Below the pieces are notes generated by a model. The model was not told where the DNA came from. It was given only the letters and a program-made list of their open reading frames with translations, and searched no databases. Below are positions 25,348 through 37,775 of a DNA stretch of 64,000 nucleotides, piece by piece. Position 1 is the stretch's first letter. Every line of letters starts with the position of its first letter. Source of the stretch: Asterias rubens (taxonomy: Eukaryota); assembly GCF_902459465.1 (NCBI RefSeq), contig NC_047079.1:5456001-5520000 (forward strand), written 5' to 3'. The translations under genes were made by a program, and so were the position numbers.

Positions 25348-28300
25348 ATGATGAACAGTCAGCAGTCCAGTCCGAGACCTCAGGCTGTTTCCATGGCGAC
25401 CACTTCACCTTCAACAGCAACGCTGTCCCCGGCTAACTTGAACCCACCAATACTAGTAGAGCAGCCTAAAAATGTAAACTTAAAAAAATCAAGATGAAAG
25501 TTATCGGCAGATGGTCGTTTGTGGCTTACAATCAATGTTCTGCGATACATGATGAACGCATACTCAATTTTTGAGAACCTTTGTTGTTTTTCCTTTGTCA
25601 AGTCAGGGTTTTATTGTGAAAACAATATTTTACAAGGAAAACTCTTTATTCAAAATCTTAAAAAGAAATCTGAAAATTACTACCTCACAAAGGCACGTCA
25701 AATATTTTGGAATACCGAGCCTGAAGCGGTACTGAACTGGGTCCATCAAAATCATGCAATGTCTAACAAGATGCTGGAAATAGACAAGCAGTCTGAAGTA
25801 TACAAATACAATATAATAGGATTTGGACAGAATATTATATATTGATAGCTTATCTCGTACAAGGCTATATAAGCAGCATACAGCGTCCAGCATTCTTCTG
25901 AAGACAATCAGAGCATCTTGACAGTAGGGTGTCGTGGCCGAGTGGATAAGAACACTGAACTCAAGCTCTGGTGCTTCTGTTCAGCAGAGTGTGGGTTCGA
26001 ATTCCGGTCGTGACACTTGTGTCCCTGAGCAAGACACTTAACTATAATTGCTTCTCTCCACCCAGGGGTAAATGGGTACCTGTTAGGGCAGAGATGGTTC
26101 TTGTGATTGATTTAGCCGAGTAGCACATATTAATGTTGCACAGGCTGCATACTCCCCACCAGGGAGCTGAGATGGTTTAAGTAGTGAATTAAGGCCCAGT
26201 GACCAGAGGTAATAATGTGAAGCGCTTTGGGCCACCCTCCGGGTGTGAAAAGCGCTATATAAAAACTGGCTATTATTATTATTATTATTATCGTAACATT
26301 GAGTCGTTAGCCACCCAGGCTTTTTCAGAATCACTACTACTCATAAAGAGATATTCACATGGTACTACCGCAAACCTCTCTTATGAATACTTTAACCATG
26401 CAAATCCTACTTGTCTGTCACTTTACTGACAATGTTACGATTTGAATACAATGCTAAAGGATTTAGATAGATTTGAGGACATTCTTCTGTAGGCATAAAT
26501 AATACATGAACTACATGTATCTGTCTATTAACGACGTTATCAGATAATGTAACATTTTTTGTTTTTACAGCTGATGATGTCACCGTCTCCTTCAGCGTCG
26601 TCTCCAGTCATCCTCCCTCCTGTTGTCCCGCCTCCAGCTCATCAACGTCTCTCCTTACCACAGCTGACTAGTGCACTCACATCAGCGAATCTGTCTCCAA
26701 ACAGTGGTGAGACAAATAATAATAATAATAACAATAATAATTATTTTAAAAAGTAATGCCAGGCCTGATACTTCACCCATGCAATAAAAGGCAATTTCCT
26801 CCATGCCTCTCGCTCATTGCCTTGGTGCCCTTTAAAATTATCCGGTAGAAGTTTACAATTTCCTCATAGGGTGCCCTTTACCAAGGAGAAAATACCTTGG
26901 TGCCCTTGGCCCTTTCAAAAACAAAGCATACAGGCTTGTAATGCGCACATATCCATCCTGCTGGCTGTTCAGGCCGCAGTCAAGCCAAAAACAAAACAAA
27001 AGAAAACAGACACAACAAAATAAGTCCTTTCAGGTGCGAGGCGCAGCTGAAGAAAAAGACCTGTCAACCACAGCACGTGTACATGTACATCAGCCCTTGC
27101 ACTCTAAGCATTGGCCCTACTTTTTTACCAAGGACCTTCAAGTATGATGACAATTTGTATTAAAAAATTGCCATTGTACACAGTATTTAATGAGCAAATT
27201 ATTCTCTTTAGGTTTGGGACCACCAACCCTAAGCCCGTCCCATCATCCTCACCACTCTCCCTCGGCCGTGTTTCCCAGCGGATCCTCCCCTGTATCAGCG
27301 TCTCCAATACCCATGACTGTAACCAGTCCGATAGGCAAGCATGGTGGGTGTCTCAGTGCTCTAACCGCCTCTGTGAACGCCCTACAGCGCCCCGCCAGCA
27401 CCTCCGGCCACTACCTCGTCCAGCATTCCCCAAAGAGCCCTCCATCAACAGCTATGGTCAGTGGGGTACCAGTCGGCATAAGACACCTCCGTCCAGTGCT
27501 CAAGACCTCAGTGGGAGGCAAATCAGACCAGGCGGTCATCATCACCACTCAGACCCCGATATTTAACCGATCTCACCACTCACAGACCACCACAACCATG
27601 GTGAACCTCCCGGGCACATCCCCGATGTCCACCCTGGTGCGCGTGACCCCGTCAATGCAGCAGGCTATTCACAACGCCCAGCCACGCCCTCTCATCATCC
27701 AACCCCGTATGATGGGCGGTTTGGGGTTAATCACCACCGCCGATGTACCCCTGATACGCGGCGTCACCTCAACAATGGTGAACAACCCCACCCTGATTAA
27801 CCCATACAACGTCCCCCAGTCAAAGCTTCACTCTGCCCTGACTGGTTTCAGTGATGGATCACCACCTAGAATCCATCTCCCTCCCTCCCCACACGGGCCT
27901 CTTAGCTTGGTGGCACAGGTCCAACCCCAAGGAAAATGCACATCCTTCACCATGCATCCATCCAAGTCAATCCCCCACGCCAATGTTACGCTCCATCCTC
28001 AAATGAGACACATCGCCCCTGCTAAAGCCCCAATATCCCACGTCCCGTTGCAACCTAAACGACCCCCACCTTACCCAACCGGGGCCGGGAGTCCCATATC
28101 CCATCATCCACTGTCGCCCGGTGCCTCATACGCCATGAAACACAACATTTCCAAAATGAAGAATCCCTCGCCTGCCACCAAACCAGGCTCACAAGTTAAA
28201 CCGATCAAGCCAGTCCAGCAGCAAGGTCAACGGTCAGAGGTCAAGATGGTGAAACCCGTGCAACGGGAGAAGAAATCACCCTTGATCCCGGTAGCTGTCC

Positions 28301-31300
28301 CACCCCTTGTGGTTCCCACCGCACCCGTTAGACCTGACGTGACGTCTACGGTAGAACCACAACAACAGACGAAAGCACCAGCTGGCCAGTCGGAGCTGGT
28401 CACTCTTCAGCCGAGGGCAGAGGTCGTCGGGGTGACCGAGGGGGTGGCCAGAGTGGAGAGACAAATCCCTAAGGCTGTGGTCAAACCTCAGGTGCTGACC
28501 CATGTCATTGACGGTTTCATCATTGAAGAGTCTAAAGAACCGTTCTCGGTGAGTTTCTTGATAAAAGTAAAACAAAATTGCTGAGATTTTTCCCCTTTTT
28601 TTTTTTTTTAGAGATCCTGCCCTCAGAACACCTATACCATTTACAATTATGTTGAGTAGGCGTTCAATTACAACCTATATAATATAAAACTAACCTCATT
28701 TCAACACACAATATCATGAAGTCAGTGCAAAAACATTGTATCTCTGTTTCACGCGAGTTTGTAAACCGTTCTCGGTGAGTTTCTTGATAAAAGTACATTT
28801 TTATTGCTCAGATTTTCTCCTTTTCTTTTACAAGAGATACTGCCCTCAGAAAACCTACAACGTTTTCATGTAAATTGAATTTGCAAACAACTAAAACTAA
28901 CCCCATTTCAACACAGAATATCATCATGTCAGTGCAAAAACATTGTATCTTTTCAATAGCATTTACGTTTCACGCGAGTTTGTAAATGTCTAAACGACGA
29001 ATCGCATAAAAAGTGTCTTTACAGGGTCTTGTTTATATGGCCCTAGAAATATATCACATCAGCATTTGGCATAGACTTGTGTCCGTGGCCGCCTCATCCT
29101 GAAATTATAATTGGGGCGCACTCCTTGAGTCGCCGCCATCACCTCGTATCTTTCATTTGCTGAAAACAAAAACTCTTCAAAGTAACTTGCAGCAACACTC
29201 ACAATTTGTCTTCATTGGTAACAAACAAATTAAGAGCAAGTACATGTTCAACAAACCATGATCCCCTCCACTGCATCGCTATTATAAAAGCAGATAAATT
29301 TTGTCCTGCGTTTTTATCCCGCTCCGCAGCTCTTCATGAAATGCTGTATCCGATCTACACTTCCAATGGTTGACAATTTTCTTTTAAAAATGTACATGAA
29401 TGTTGGACCTCATTCCCATTTTTCTACATTTATGTGGACAACAACAATCGAAAGATTCCAAAAAACCAAAGGTATGCTTTGCCTTTAAACCTTCATTGAG
29501 GGAGTTGAGTGTCAGTCGGATACGGCAATTTTGCTATGAAACCATTTTGTGTCTAATTGAATAGTCGATCTGTTTATTAATTTACAATCAGAACTGGAAA
29601 CAGACAGGAGCTTGCGCCAACCTGCCTGCTTCAAGAGTGAGACGATCTTTCAATCATTCGTTTTTAAACTTTTTATTTTTTCGTAGAATGATGTATGTTT
29701 TAATTTTGCTTCCATCCCTGCCTGCCTTGCTCTATGGTTCCAATTTATGAATGTCAGTTAGTAGACTTTTGAGATTAGAACTCAAAAGTACCTGCTAGGA
29801 CGCTGGCCAGAGTCCAGTCATTTAAGCACTGGGCTAGTAACACAAAACAAACTAAACGAATCCTGCCGTCTAAAGTTTTCCAAACACATACTAGAGTTTT
29901 CTAGAGTTTCAATTCAAGACATACATTTAAACAAAATATAACAAAAAAATGTTTTAAAGGTTTTGCAAAATTATTTTTGGTCCGTCCAGTGGAGATTTGT
30001 TTGAAGTTCAAGATCTTGAGGTGGCAACTAGCCCAATTGGGGTACATACTCATTTGGAACCTGATTATCCCAATGGAGGTAGTAATGATCCCCAATCGGG
30101 TAAACCTTTGCATGGCAGAGACACTAGTCGGTATATCCAACAGTTTAAACCAAAAGTGTTCTCTTTGGCACCTCTAGAGTGTCTCTCTGAGCTTGGAGTT
30201 TTGAACTATCTTGGAATGCCTAGTATGTGTTTTCTTTATTTGTGGTTGCATTTTATTTCTGTATGTTTTTCTTCTTCTTTTTGCACACTGCATTTTCTTT
30301 TGGTCTCGCATGCCTGTATGATTGAAGAAGTATCGCTTATTTATTTACGTGTACTTTCAAAACGTAGTTTGAAGCTCGTCGTGAGGTTGTCTTAATTGTT
30401 TGATAAGGAATTCGCTAAGACTTTTGATCATGTTTGTTTTTAAATCTGAACAGAGAAAGCCCGGAGAGAAAAGTAGTTTCTTTATATAGCAAATCTTCAC
30501 TTCATAAAGCACAACATTGGTTACATTCAGAACAGACATTTTCAGTCTCAAATGAAAAGCTCACTGATTATGAAGTCGGTGATATTTTAAGCTTTGCCTG
30601 TTGTGGATGATAAGAACTAGAAGTAACTATTACGAGTAAGTCGGTACATAATAGCCGCGTAACCCGGGGGGGGGGGGGGCTCCCAATAGGGCTAAACAGT
30701 GGGGGGAAAATATTGGCACAGCAAGAAGATAATTCTTTTCCTGGTATCAAAAATTAGTATCCTGGAAGATATTTTCAGAGCCTCTCTTGTTTGATCATTT
30801 CCATCGTAATCATAGTCATTGTATGCAGTCGTTAATGAATGACATAGTTACAACTTGTAGTAAGTCAACCTGTTCCAATCCATGGCTCTTATCTTTAGTG
30901 AAAACAAAATCCCTCTTCTTGGATTTCTAAAAAAGAAAACAGGGAGGGGGGCTTCTTCTTTTACCAAAATTGGATGAGAATCTGATTTTTTTTAACTAAT
31001 CCTAAAAGAAGTACCTATAAATACTAAACAGTAAACTTTGTGGGGTACAACCATGAATAAGATCTCTTATTTGAGGGAGCGTTGGCTCTGAAAAGAGCCG
31101 GTGTGGTCTCGACGTTTCAAACAGTATACTCTGCTCATCTTAAGCCTAAAAGAATGATGTGTGTTTAATTACAGATCGGCCCGTCCTCTCTGTGGTCCGA
31201 TGAGTACCCTCAACTAGACCCAAGGTTACAGCAGTCTCAGATGAGCGCAAGGAGAGACGATGGACGACAACAAGATGGAATGCAGTCGCTTAAACGTTCA

Positions 31301-33340
31301 GGTACTCAAACACAAAGTACCCATAACTCGAAGGGGCATCTCAAAATTAAAAAAAAGTGGGGATTTTCTTGTTGGATTGGTTAAAGGAACACGTTGCCTT
31401 GGATCGGACGAGTTGGTCTATCAAAATGCGTTTGTAACCGTTTGTTATAAAATGCATATGGTTAGAAAGATGTTTTAAAAGTAGAATACAATGATCCACA
31501 CAAGTTTGCCTCGAAATTGCGTGGTTTTCCTTTTACTTGCAAAATAACACGGTCGACCATTTATGGGAGTCAAAAACTTGATTATTTGCCGAGCACACCA
31601 CATGACCCTTCAAATGGCCTTGGTAAAAGTTCAAGTTGTCACTAAAATATAACAGCTTTGTGACCCATCCGGAGGACAAAGCAATAATGATTATTAAAGA
31701 GGAGGCAAGCGTTATGGCCTGGACACGAACCAACTCTCTGACACTGAACATCAGAGCTTGAGTCCAGTACTCGACCACTTGTCGACGATACTCGATAACT
31801 GACAAAAATATGTTTACCTCCATTGTTCAAAGCCTCACATGCTAATAATTTTCCCCCGATAATGATTTTTGTCATCATAGCGCCTGATAACCAAGAGATG
31901 TCCGATGGCATGCCGCTCCGCTGCGAGTTCTGTGGCAAAGTAGACCGCCCTCACAAGTTCAAACGCTCCAAGAGGTTCTGCTCGCTGGCTTGCAGCAAGC
32001 GCTACAACGTGGGCTGCAGCAAGAGACTCGGGCTGTTCGCACCGCAACGGGAGAACCACGAGAGGATTAAGCATAAGATGAAACTACAAGTGAAGGCAAA
32101 ACCACTCAAAGGCTCCAGAGGGAAGCACGGACGTCTCAGCTTCAATGTCGACAGACCGTGGGTAAGACTTCTAGAGACAGTAGACCAGAGCTTGATTTCA
32201 CAAAGAAATAAAAAATCATCGTAAGACAAATTGTCAGTATCACCATAGTGATTTGCTTTACTAAGCAACTACGATTGATTTGCAGTATCGAACAATCTTA
32301 GCTCTTTGTGAAATCTGCCTCAGGACCCCGTTTCACAAAGCCTGCTAGCACAAAAACGTGCTAAGCACAGAAAAGTATTGCTTGCCAGAAACAGGTTACC
32401 AGCCAAAATAACATTAGGTTTACATTGTTGTGACTGGTGCCCTATTCAATGTTTGCTTAGCAAAGAAATTTATAAACATGAAAGTGTGAAACTCAAACCC
32501 ATAATTTTGTGACAAAGCTTCAAGTGAAAACTAGTATGCGCCAGTATCAATTGGTACTAACAGATACAAACCAGTAAGAAGCAGTATGAACCGGTAAGAA
32601 CCGGTATGAACCAGTATCAGTTGGTACTAACAGATACAAACCAGTATAAACCGATATGAACCGTTGGAGCATATCTAATAAGAAAATAGAATTAGCTGTT
32701 GCTACTGCCTACCAACCAAACAGACATTGGTATAAATGCAATAGTGAAAGCCTCTGCTGGGGGCGATACGTCGGGCAATTAACTATTTTTGGAGCATATC
32801 TAGTTCAGATGTATTGTTTGACAACGATTATTTTTCTTGCAGTGTACTGGTCAGTCATTCGGCCACTTTCCACAAGGGGAAAGGATGTACAGTCAAGACC
32901 AGCAGCAGCAGGGAAGCTCCTCGATGTCCACTACATCTGCTGCCATGTCCAATCCCACCGCTGCCACCAACCAAGATAGGGAAAGCAACAGCAGCAGCGC
33001 TGGACCGTCAGAGGAATCCTCATCCCTGGAGTCGTCCATGACTTTCTCCCCGTCTCCCAACAGCGAAGTGGACGAGACTCCACCGGTTTCGGACGATGCC
33101 TTCGATGATCCGGCCGGTCCTGAAGGAGATCCGGCCAAGTGGTCGGTCCAAGACGTCTACGATTTCATCCACACACTACCAGGCTGCTCGGATTACGCCG
33201 ACGAGTTCTTGAGGCAGGAGATCGATGGTCAGGCCTTGATGCTTCTCAAGGAGGACCACTTGATGACAGCAATGAACATGAAACTCGGTCCAGCTCTAAA
33301 AATTATCAGCCGAATTTACTCGCTGAAAGAGAAAATATAA
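25348..33340 (+). CDS. PHC: Polyhomeotic-like protein (PRC1 subunit; HD1, FCS zinc finger, SAM), ~834 aa
   Basis: Exons: 25348-25473 (least certain), 26571-26706, 27212-28548, 31175-31301, 31881-32161, 32843-33340; phases are consistent. HD1 KPQVLTHVIDGFIIEESKEPF, FCS finger CEFCGK...FKRSKRFCSLACSKRYNVGC, C-terminal SAM WSVQDVYDFI...FLRQEIDGQALMLLKEDHLMTAMNMKLGPALKI. Confidence 0.93.
25927..26290 (+). mobile_element. Full-length tRNA-derived SINE
   Basis: Head GGGTGTCGTGGCCGAGTGG (A box) ... GGGTTCGAATTCC (B box). The central GTCCCTGAGCAAGACACTTAAC...CCACCCAGGGGTAAATGGGTACC resembles CORE/Meta-type domains. The tail is AAGCGCTATATAAA...(TTA)n. Confidence 0.85.
28538..28986 (+). repeat. Tandem duplication (period ~226 bp) spanning the PHC HD1-exon splice donor
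   Basis: AACCGTTCTCG|GTGAGTTTCTTGATAAAAGTA occurs with GT at 28549 and at 28775. Both copies end in CACGCGAGTTTGTAAA. Confidence 0.9.
31381..31600. mobile_element. Family B Kolobok-like MITE, left part
   Basis: TTAA-AGGAACACGTTGCCTTGGATCGGACGAGTTGGTC, matching 10091-10456. Confidence 0.75.
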
Positions 33341-33970
33341 CCGAGAACCAATTTTTCTTTGCAGTACTGCGGAAAGTGATCTTAGAAGCTAAGGTCCAAG
33401 GTGGTTGAGGTCATGACCTCTGTGGCCCCCATGTAATTTCAGGCCTGGTGGTCTGTTTTATTCCGACTGTAGAACCTAATATCTTTGCAGTACTGCAGAA
33501 AGTGATTTCTGAGTGGGACCATTTTTTAAAAAGACGTGGAAGCCAAGATCCTGGGCGATGTGACTCTTATGAAATTTCAAGCCAGGTGTTCTCTGTGTTA
33601 TTCCAGCCGTAGGACCAGAGAAGCAGTGTCAACTGTAATTAGTACCTTTTTAATACATTTATTTAAGTATTTAAATATTAATATAAAATAGGTCATGTTA
33701 AATGTCTTGTGAACTTGTGAGAATTGTTTACGATGTGTATCTAGCATGGAATAGTGTTGTTCTTGTTGGTAAAAAAAATTAGATCTTTTCTAAAAAGAGG
33801 CACTTCCATTGAAAAATGAAAAAGTCTACGGAAACAATTTTCATGAGGTTTAGCATGTTCAAAAAAAGAATTTGAAATCGTGTTTTGGTATAGTAGTGAT
33901 GTTCTGCATGTGAACTGTGTGGGACGGATTGTCTATTTTGTGTTTATGGAGTTAAAACATTTAACAAAAC

Positions 33971-34299
33971 TTAAAGGCAGTGGACACTATTGGTAATTAC
34001 TAAAACTAATAATTAGCATCAAAACTTACTTGGTAACAAGCAATGGGGAGAGGTTGGTAGTATAAAACATTTTGAGAAACGGCTCCCTCTGAAGTAACGT
34101 AGTTTTCAAGAAAGAAGTAATTTTCCACGAATTTGATTTCGAGACCTCAGATTTAGAACTTGAGGTCTCGAAATCAAGCATCTGAAAGCACACAACTTCG
34201 TGTTCACAGGTTTGTTATTTTATGCATACATGTATGTTGAGATACACCAAGTGAGAAGACTGGTCTTTAACAATTACCAATAGTGTCTAATGTCTTTAA
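33971..34299 (+). mobile_element. Family A Kolobok-like MITE with internal deletion
   Basis: Both TIRs and both TTAA sites are present. Confidence 0.85.
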
Positions 34300-34589
34300 G
34301 GAATTTTTTATTTAGATTTAGCAATTGGTGAAATGATTTGTACTGTAGAGTTGAACTTTTGAGATTATAATCATTGACAGTCTGTTTACATTCAAGAAAT
34401 GTACATTATTGTAATCATCTTTTTGAATACGTGTTTGTACCTGGTTATACTATGCTATAATTGCATTTATGTTTGTTTTAGTATGTTTTTTTTTTTAGTT
34501 GTGATTTTGTGTTTACCCAGTACTGGTATAATCTCTTTTAGTTACTTCTTTTTATGTCGGCATGTTTGAGAGCTTTATTATCATTGGGT

Positions 34590-35190
34590 TCTTTGGTTCT
34601 GGTATAAGCTTTATTACCAGCGCAGTGAGTTCTCCAATACATTGGTTCTGGTATAAGCTTTATTACCAGCGCAGTGAGTTCTCCAATACATTGGTTCTGG
34701 TATAAGCTTTATTACCAGCGCAGTGAGTTCTCCAATACATTGGTTCTGGTATAAGCTTTATTGTCAGCGAGTTCTCCAATACATTGGTTCTGGTATAAGC
34801 TTTATTACCAGCGCAGTGAGTTCTCCAATACATTGGTTCCGGTATAAGCTTTATTATCAGCGAGTTCTCCAATACATTGGTTCCGGTATAAGCTTTATTG
34901 TCAGCGAGTTCTCCAATACATTGGTTCTGGTATAAGCTTTATTGTCAGCGAGTTCTCCAATACATTGGTTCTGGTATAAGCTTTATTACCAGCGCAGTGA
35001 GTTCTCCAATACATTGGTTCCGGTATAAGCTTTATTATCAGCGAGTTCTCCAATACATTGGTTCCGGTATAAGCTTTATTACCAGCGCAGTGAGTTCTCC
35101 AATACATTGGTTCCGGTATAAGCTTTATTATCGGCAAGTTCTCTAATTCATTCGTTCTGGTATTAGTTTTGTTATCAGTGAGTTCTATAA
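34590..35190. repeat. Minisatellite, 44-49-bp unit GGTATAAGCTTTATTACCAGCGCAGTGAGTTCTCCAATACATTGGTTCT
   Basis: About 12 near-identical copies, as long (CCAGCGCAGTGAG) and short (TCAGCGAG) variants. Confidence 0.95.
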
Positions 35191-36698
35191 TTCAAAGTCA
35201 TATATTATTTTTCAATATTATATAACTTGTACTTTATCTTTAGCTGAACAACGATGTTTGTTTTGTAGAAAGTTAACTTATAATTTCATCATGGATTGTA
35301 AATGCAAAAGCAGACTAGTAAATAGGTGTTGGTGCCAGACCCTTCTAGTGCAGATATTTTCCCCCATTGGAATCAGTACAATCAAAGGGAGGCTTGATGG
35401 TCACATTAGTCTGGTGCCTGGCTCGGTAGTTTGTTGATTAGCAGCATGAAAAGGGTATCTAATAATGTGTTGTTTGTTTGTTTGTCTGTTCGTTTGTTTG
35501 AGGTTTGTTTTTAACACGCAAAGCTTGCCAAGTTCACTAATTCTTTGAAGAATTTAGACTTTTGTTGTTAATAAAAAAAAATGCATCATTATCATGCATG
35601 TGGCTGTAATCAAACAAAAATTATGGAACTTAGTATTATTACTGTCTGTGCCACCATGTGAACTACAATGGTTTCTCGTTACTATGATTACCATACCATG
35701 CTCAATAATACCCCCCCCCCCCCAACTGCCACAACCCGCGCCCAATGTACCAGGGAGAGTCGTTCACTCAATTCTGAACCCCCCCTTGTTTATTTTACTC
35801 CACGCCCTTTTCGAAACCAAGGCTATTTGGCCCTAGGCTTGGGCTCCTTCTTCTCGTTTCAACAAGCCACGCGTAACGGAAAATACATGGTTTTAAATTG
35901 TATTTACTTGACCGAAACCGTTGTTTTGAAAATGGCGATAGTAGTTATTATTTTCTTTATTGGCCACCAAGAATAAAAGCATGCGATTTGTTATGGCCTA
36001 TACTCAAAACAAAAAGCGTATGCCACACACAGTGAATTGAGCTGATATAAATTCAGGTTAATTTATGCATTCTGTGATCATCCTCTCTGATTGATGTGAG
36101 CTCATTTTATTGATAAAGCATATAACTTAATGAGACACGTAAACACTGCGGAGGCAGTTATTAAAAACAAGTAAATTATCTTAGCTCTGAAAGATTTTTT
36201 TTACATTTTTAGTAAATTATCTTAGCTCTGAAAGATTTTTTTTATTTTTTTGTTTTACATAAAATTAATATTAATGGACTTTCCCCTAATTGACGAGATT
36301 GCAAATTGAGGTGTGCGGTAAAGAACAGTGACAGCTATACAGCTCTCCGTTGCTTATCAATAGGGTTCCAGTGCCTTACAAAGTGATGGGATAGAACTGA
36401 AGAGCGGGGCCAAACGCAAGGCAAACACAATTAAAATTGTCAGCAATTTCGATTACTTTAGAGAACCTTGTCAATGAGACGCAATGGAACCAATCAGAAA
36501 GCCGGCCGAGTGCCGATAAAAAGGCACTGCCATAGAATGATGCAGAGACGTACGCCAAGTGCCGAGCCCAGCTAGTTTGGTAACTCACAAAATGGCGATA
36601 TCGTGTTGACAACACACCAACATTTTCAAATTCTTTACAAAATTATTTTGAAACAAAGCGGACATAGAGCACCCTTCCCCCCCAGTTCTTTAACGAAC

Positions 36699-37775
36699 AT
36701 GGATCTGCTACCAGCTTTCGGGGCCAACTCACCTTTGAGAAACTGCACGAACTGCACCAACACAACAAGCTTATTAAGGGACGATGTGAGCTACGTATTT
36801 TACTACATCGGCCTGTCCTGTAATTTGCCTATATGTATAGCATACATCTCGGCGTTGATCCTCATTTTGAAGCACCGTTGCCTCCACGACGCATCAAACT
36901 TTTTTCTTGCAAACCTTCAAGTTGCTGGGCTCCTCTTCAATATTGCTGTCCTCATCTTCTGCTTGTTTTCTCGCTCCTCTTCGGAGGACATTGCACCCCT
37001 GACAATCACCGGGCTGACTGGTGTGTTTCAGCTGACGATTGGTGGCTTTTGCTTCAGCTCCGTAGTCGTTGGTGCCGACAGGTTTTATAAAATCTCCAGA
37101 CCAATGCGTTATATGCAATTTGTCACAAATAAACTTAGTGTGTACATCATTATCGGGTTGTGGAGTGTTCTCATCATTCTTCTTCTCGTGTGGCAAGTCG
37201 GGGCATTTGCCACGGTGGGATTCCAGTTTCCCTCAGATGATGAATTGAAAACCGAGGTGGCCCTGAATTACAGGTCCTTGATGATTTTCATTGACGTCGT
37301 GGCTATCCCTTGCTTGGTTATAAAGACGTGTTTATGCGTTGGCTTGGTGCGAATCGCCAGAGCCCATAAGAGGAGAATCCGGGATGAACAACTGGCCCTG
37401 GCAGTCGTCTGCAGTCGCATCAGAGAATGTGAACCCTCGACCAGCAACTCGTCACCCAAAACGCAGCAGAAAGATACCGCGGGTCCGAAACTTAAGCCAT
37501 GTCAAAACGCAAACAAAGAGACAAACTATTTCGTGACGTATGTGACTCTCTTCGTATTGTGTTGGTTCTCGTTTATTGCACTGAACAACATCGGTGCATT
37601 TGGCCGCACTGACGTCTCTGTTGAAACATTCTTTACTCAGATTAGTGGCCAGTCTTTGGCTCCACTAACTCAAGTATTTTTTGGGACGATGTTTTTGACA
37701 TACTCGCAGTCTGAACACAGAAAAGTTCTTGGTGAGATTCTGCGCTCTTTTCGGGCGAAATTCAAATGCTTTTAG
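36699..37775 (+). CDS. Intronless divergent rhodopsin-family (class A) GPCR, orphan, possibly chemoreceptor-like, 358 aa
   Basis: Single ORF from MDLLPAFG. N-terminal sequons NCT/NCT/NTT, seven hydrophobic segments, TM2 NFFLANL, TM3/ICL2 ADRFYKISRPMRY, TM4 W, TM6 FVLCWF. Confidence 0.88.
   Translation: MDLLPAFGANSPLRNCTNCTNTTSLLRDDVSYVFYYIGLSCNLPICIAYISALILILKHRCLHDASNFFLANLQVAGLLFNIAVLIFCLFSRSSSEDIAPLTITGLTGVFQLTIGGFCFSSVVVGADRFYKISRPMRYMQFVTNKLSVYIIIGLWSVLIILLLVWQVGAFATVGFQFPSDDELKTEVALNYRSLMIFIDVVAIPCLVIKTCLCVGLVRIARAHKRRIRDEQLALAVVCSRIRECEPSTSNSSPKTQQKDTAGPKLKPCQNANKETNYFVTYVTLFVLCWFSFIALNNIGAFGRTDVSVETFFTQISGQSLAPLTQVFFGTMFLTYSQSEHRKVLGEILRSFRAKFKCF

Noticed and set aside
25519-25893. 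ORFs on both strands in PHC intron 1
   Set aside because: I recognise no motif, and no splice sites preserve phase convincingly. An extra PHC exon cannot be excluded without RNA data.
29979-30395. Coding-looking ORF as an alternative PHC exon
   Set aside because: The available upstream AG sites enter in the wrong phase for the phase 0-0 intron or hit an early stop. No domain is recognised.
34663-35146. Repetitive ORFs in the 49-bp array
   Set aside because: They are products of the tandem repeat.
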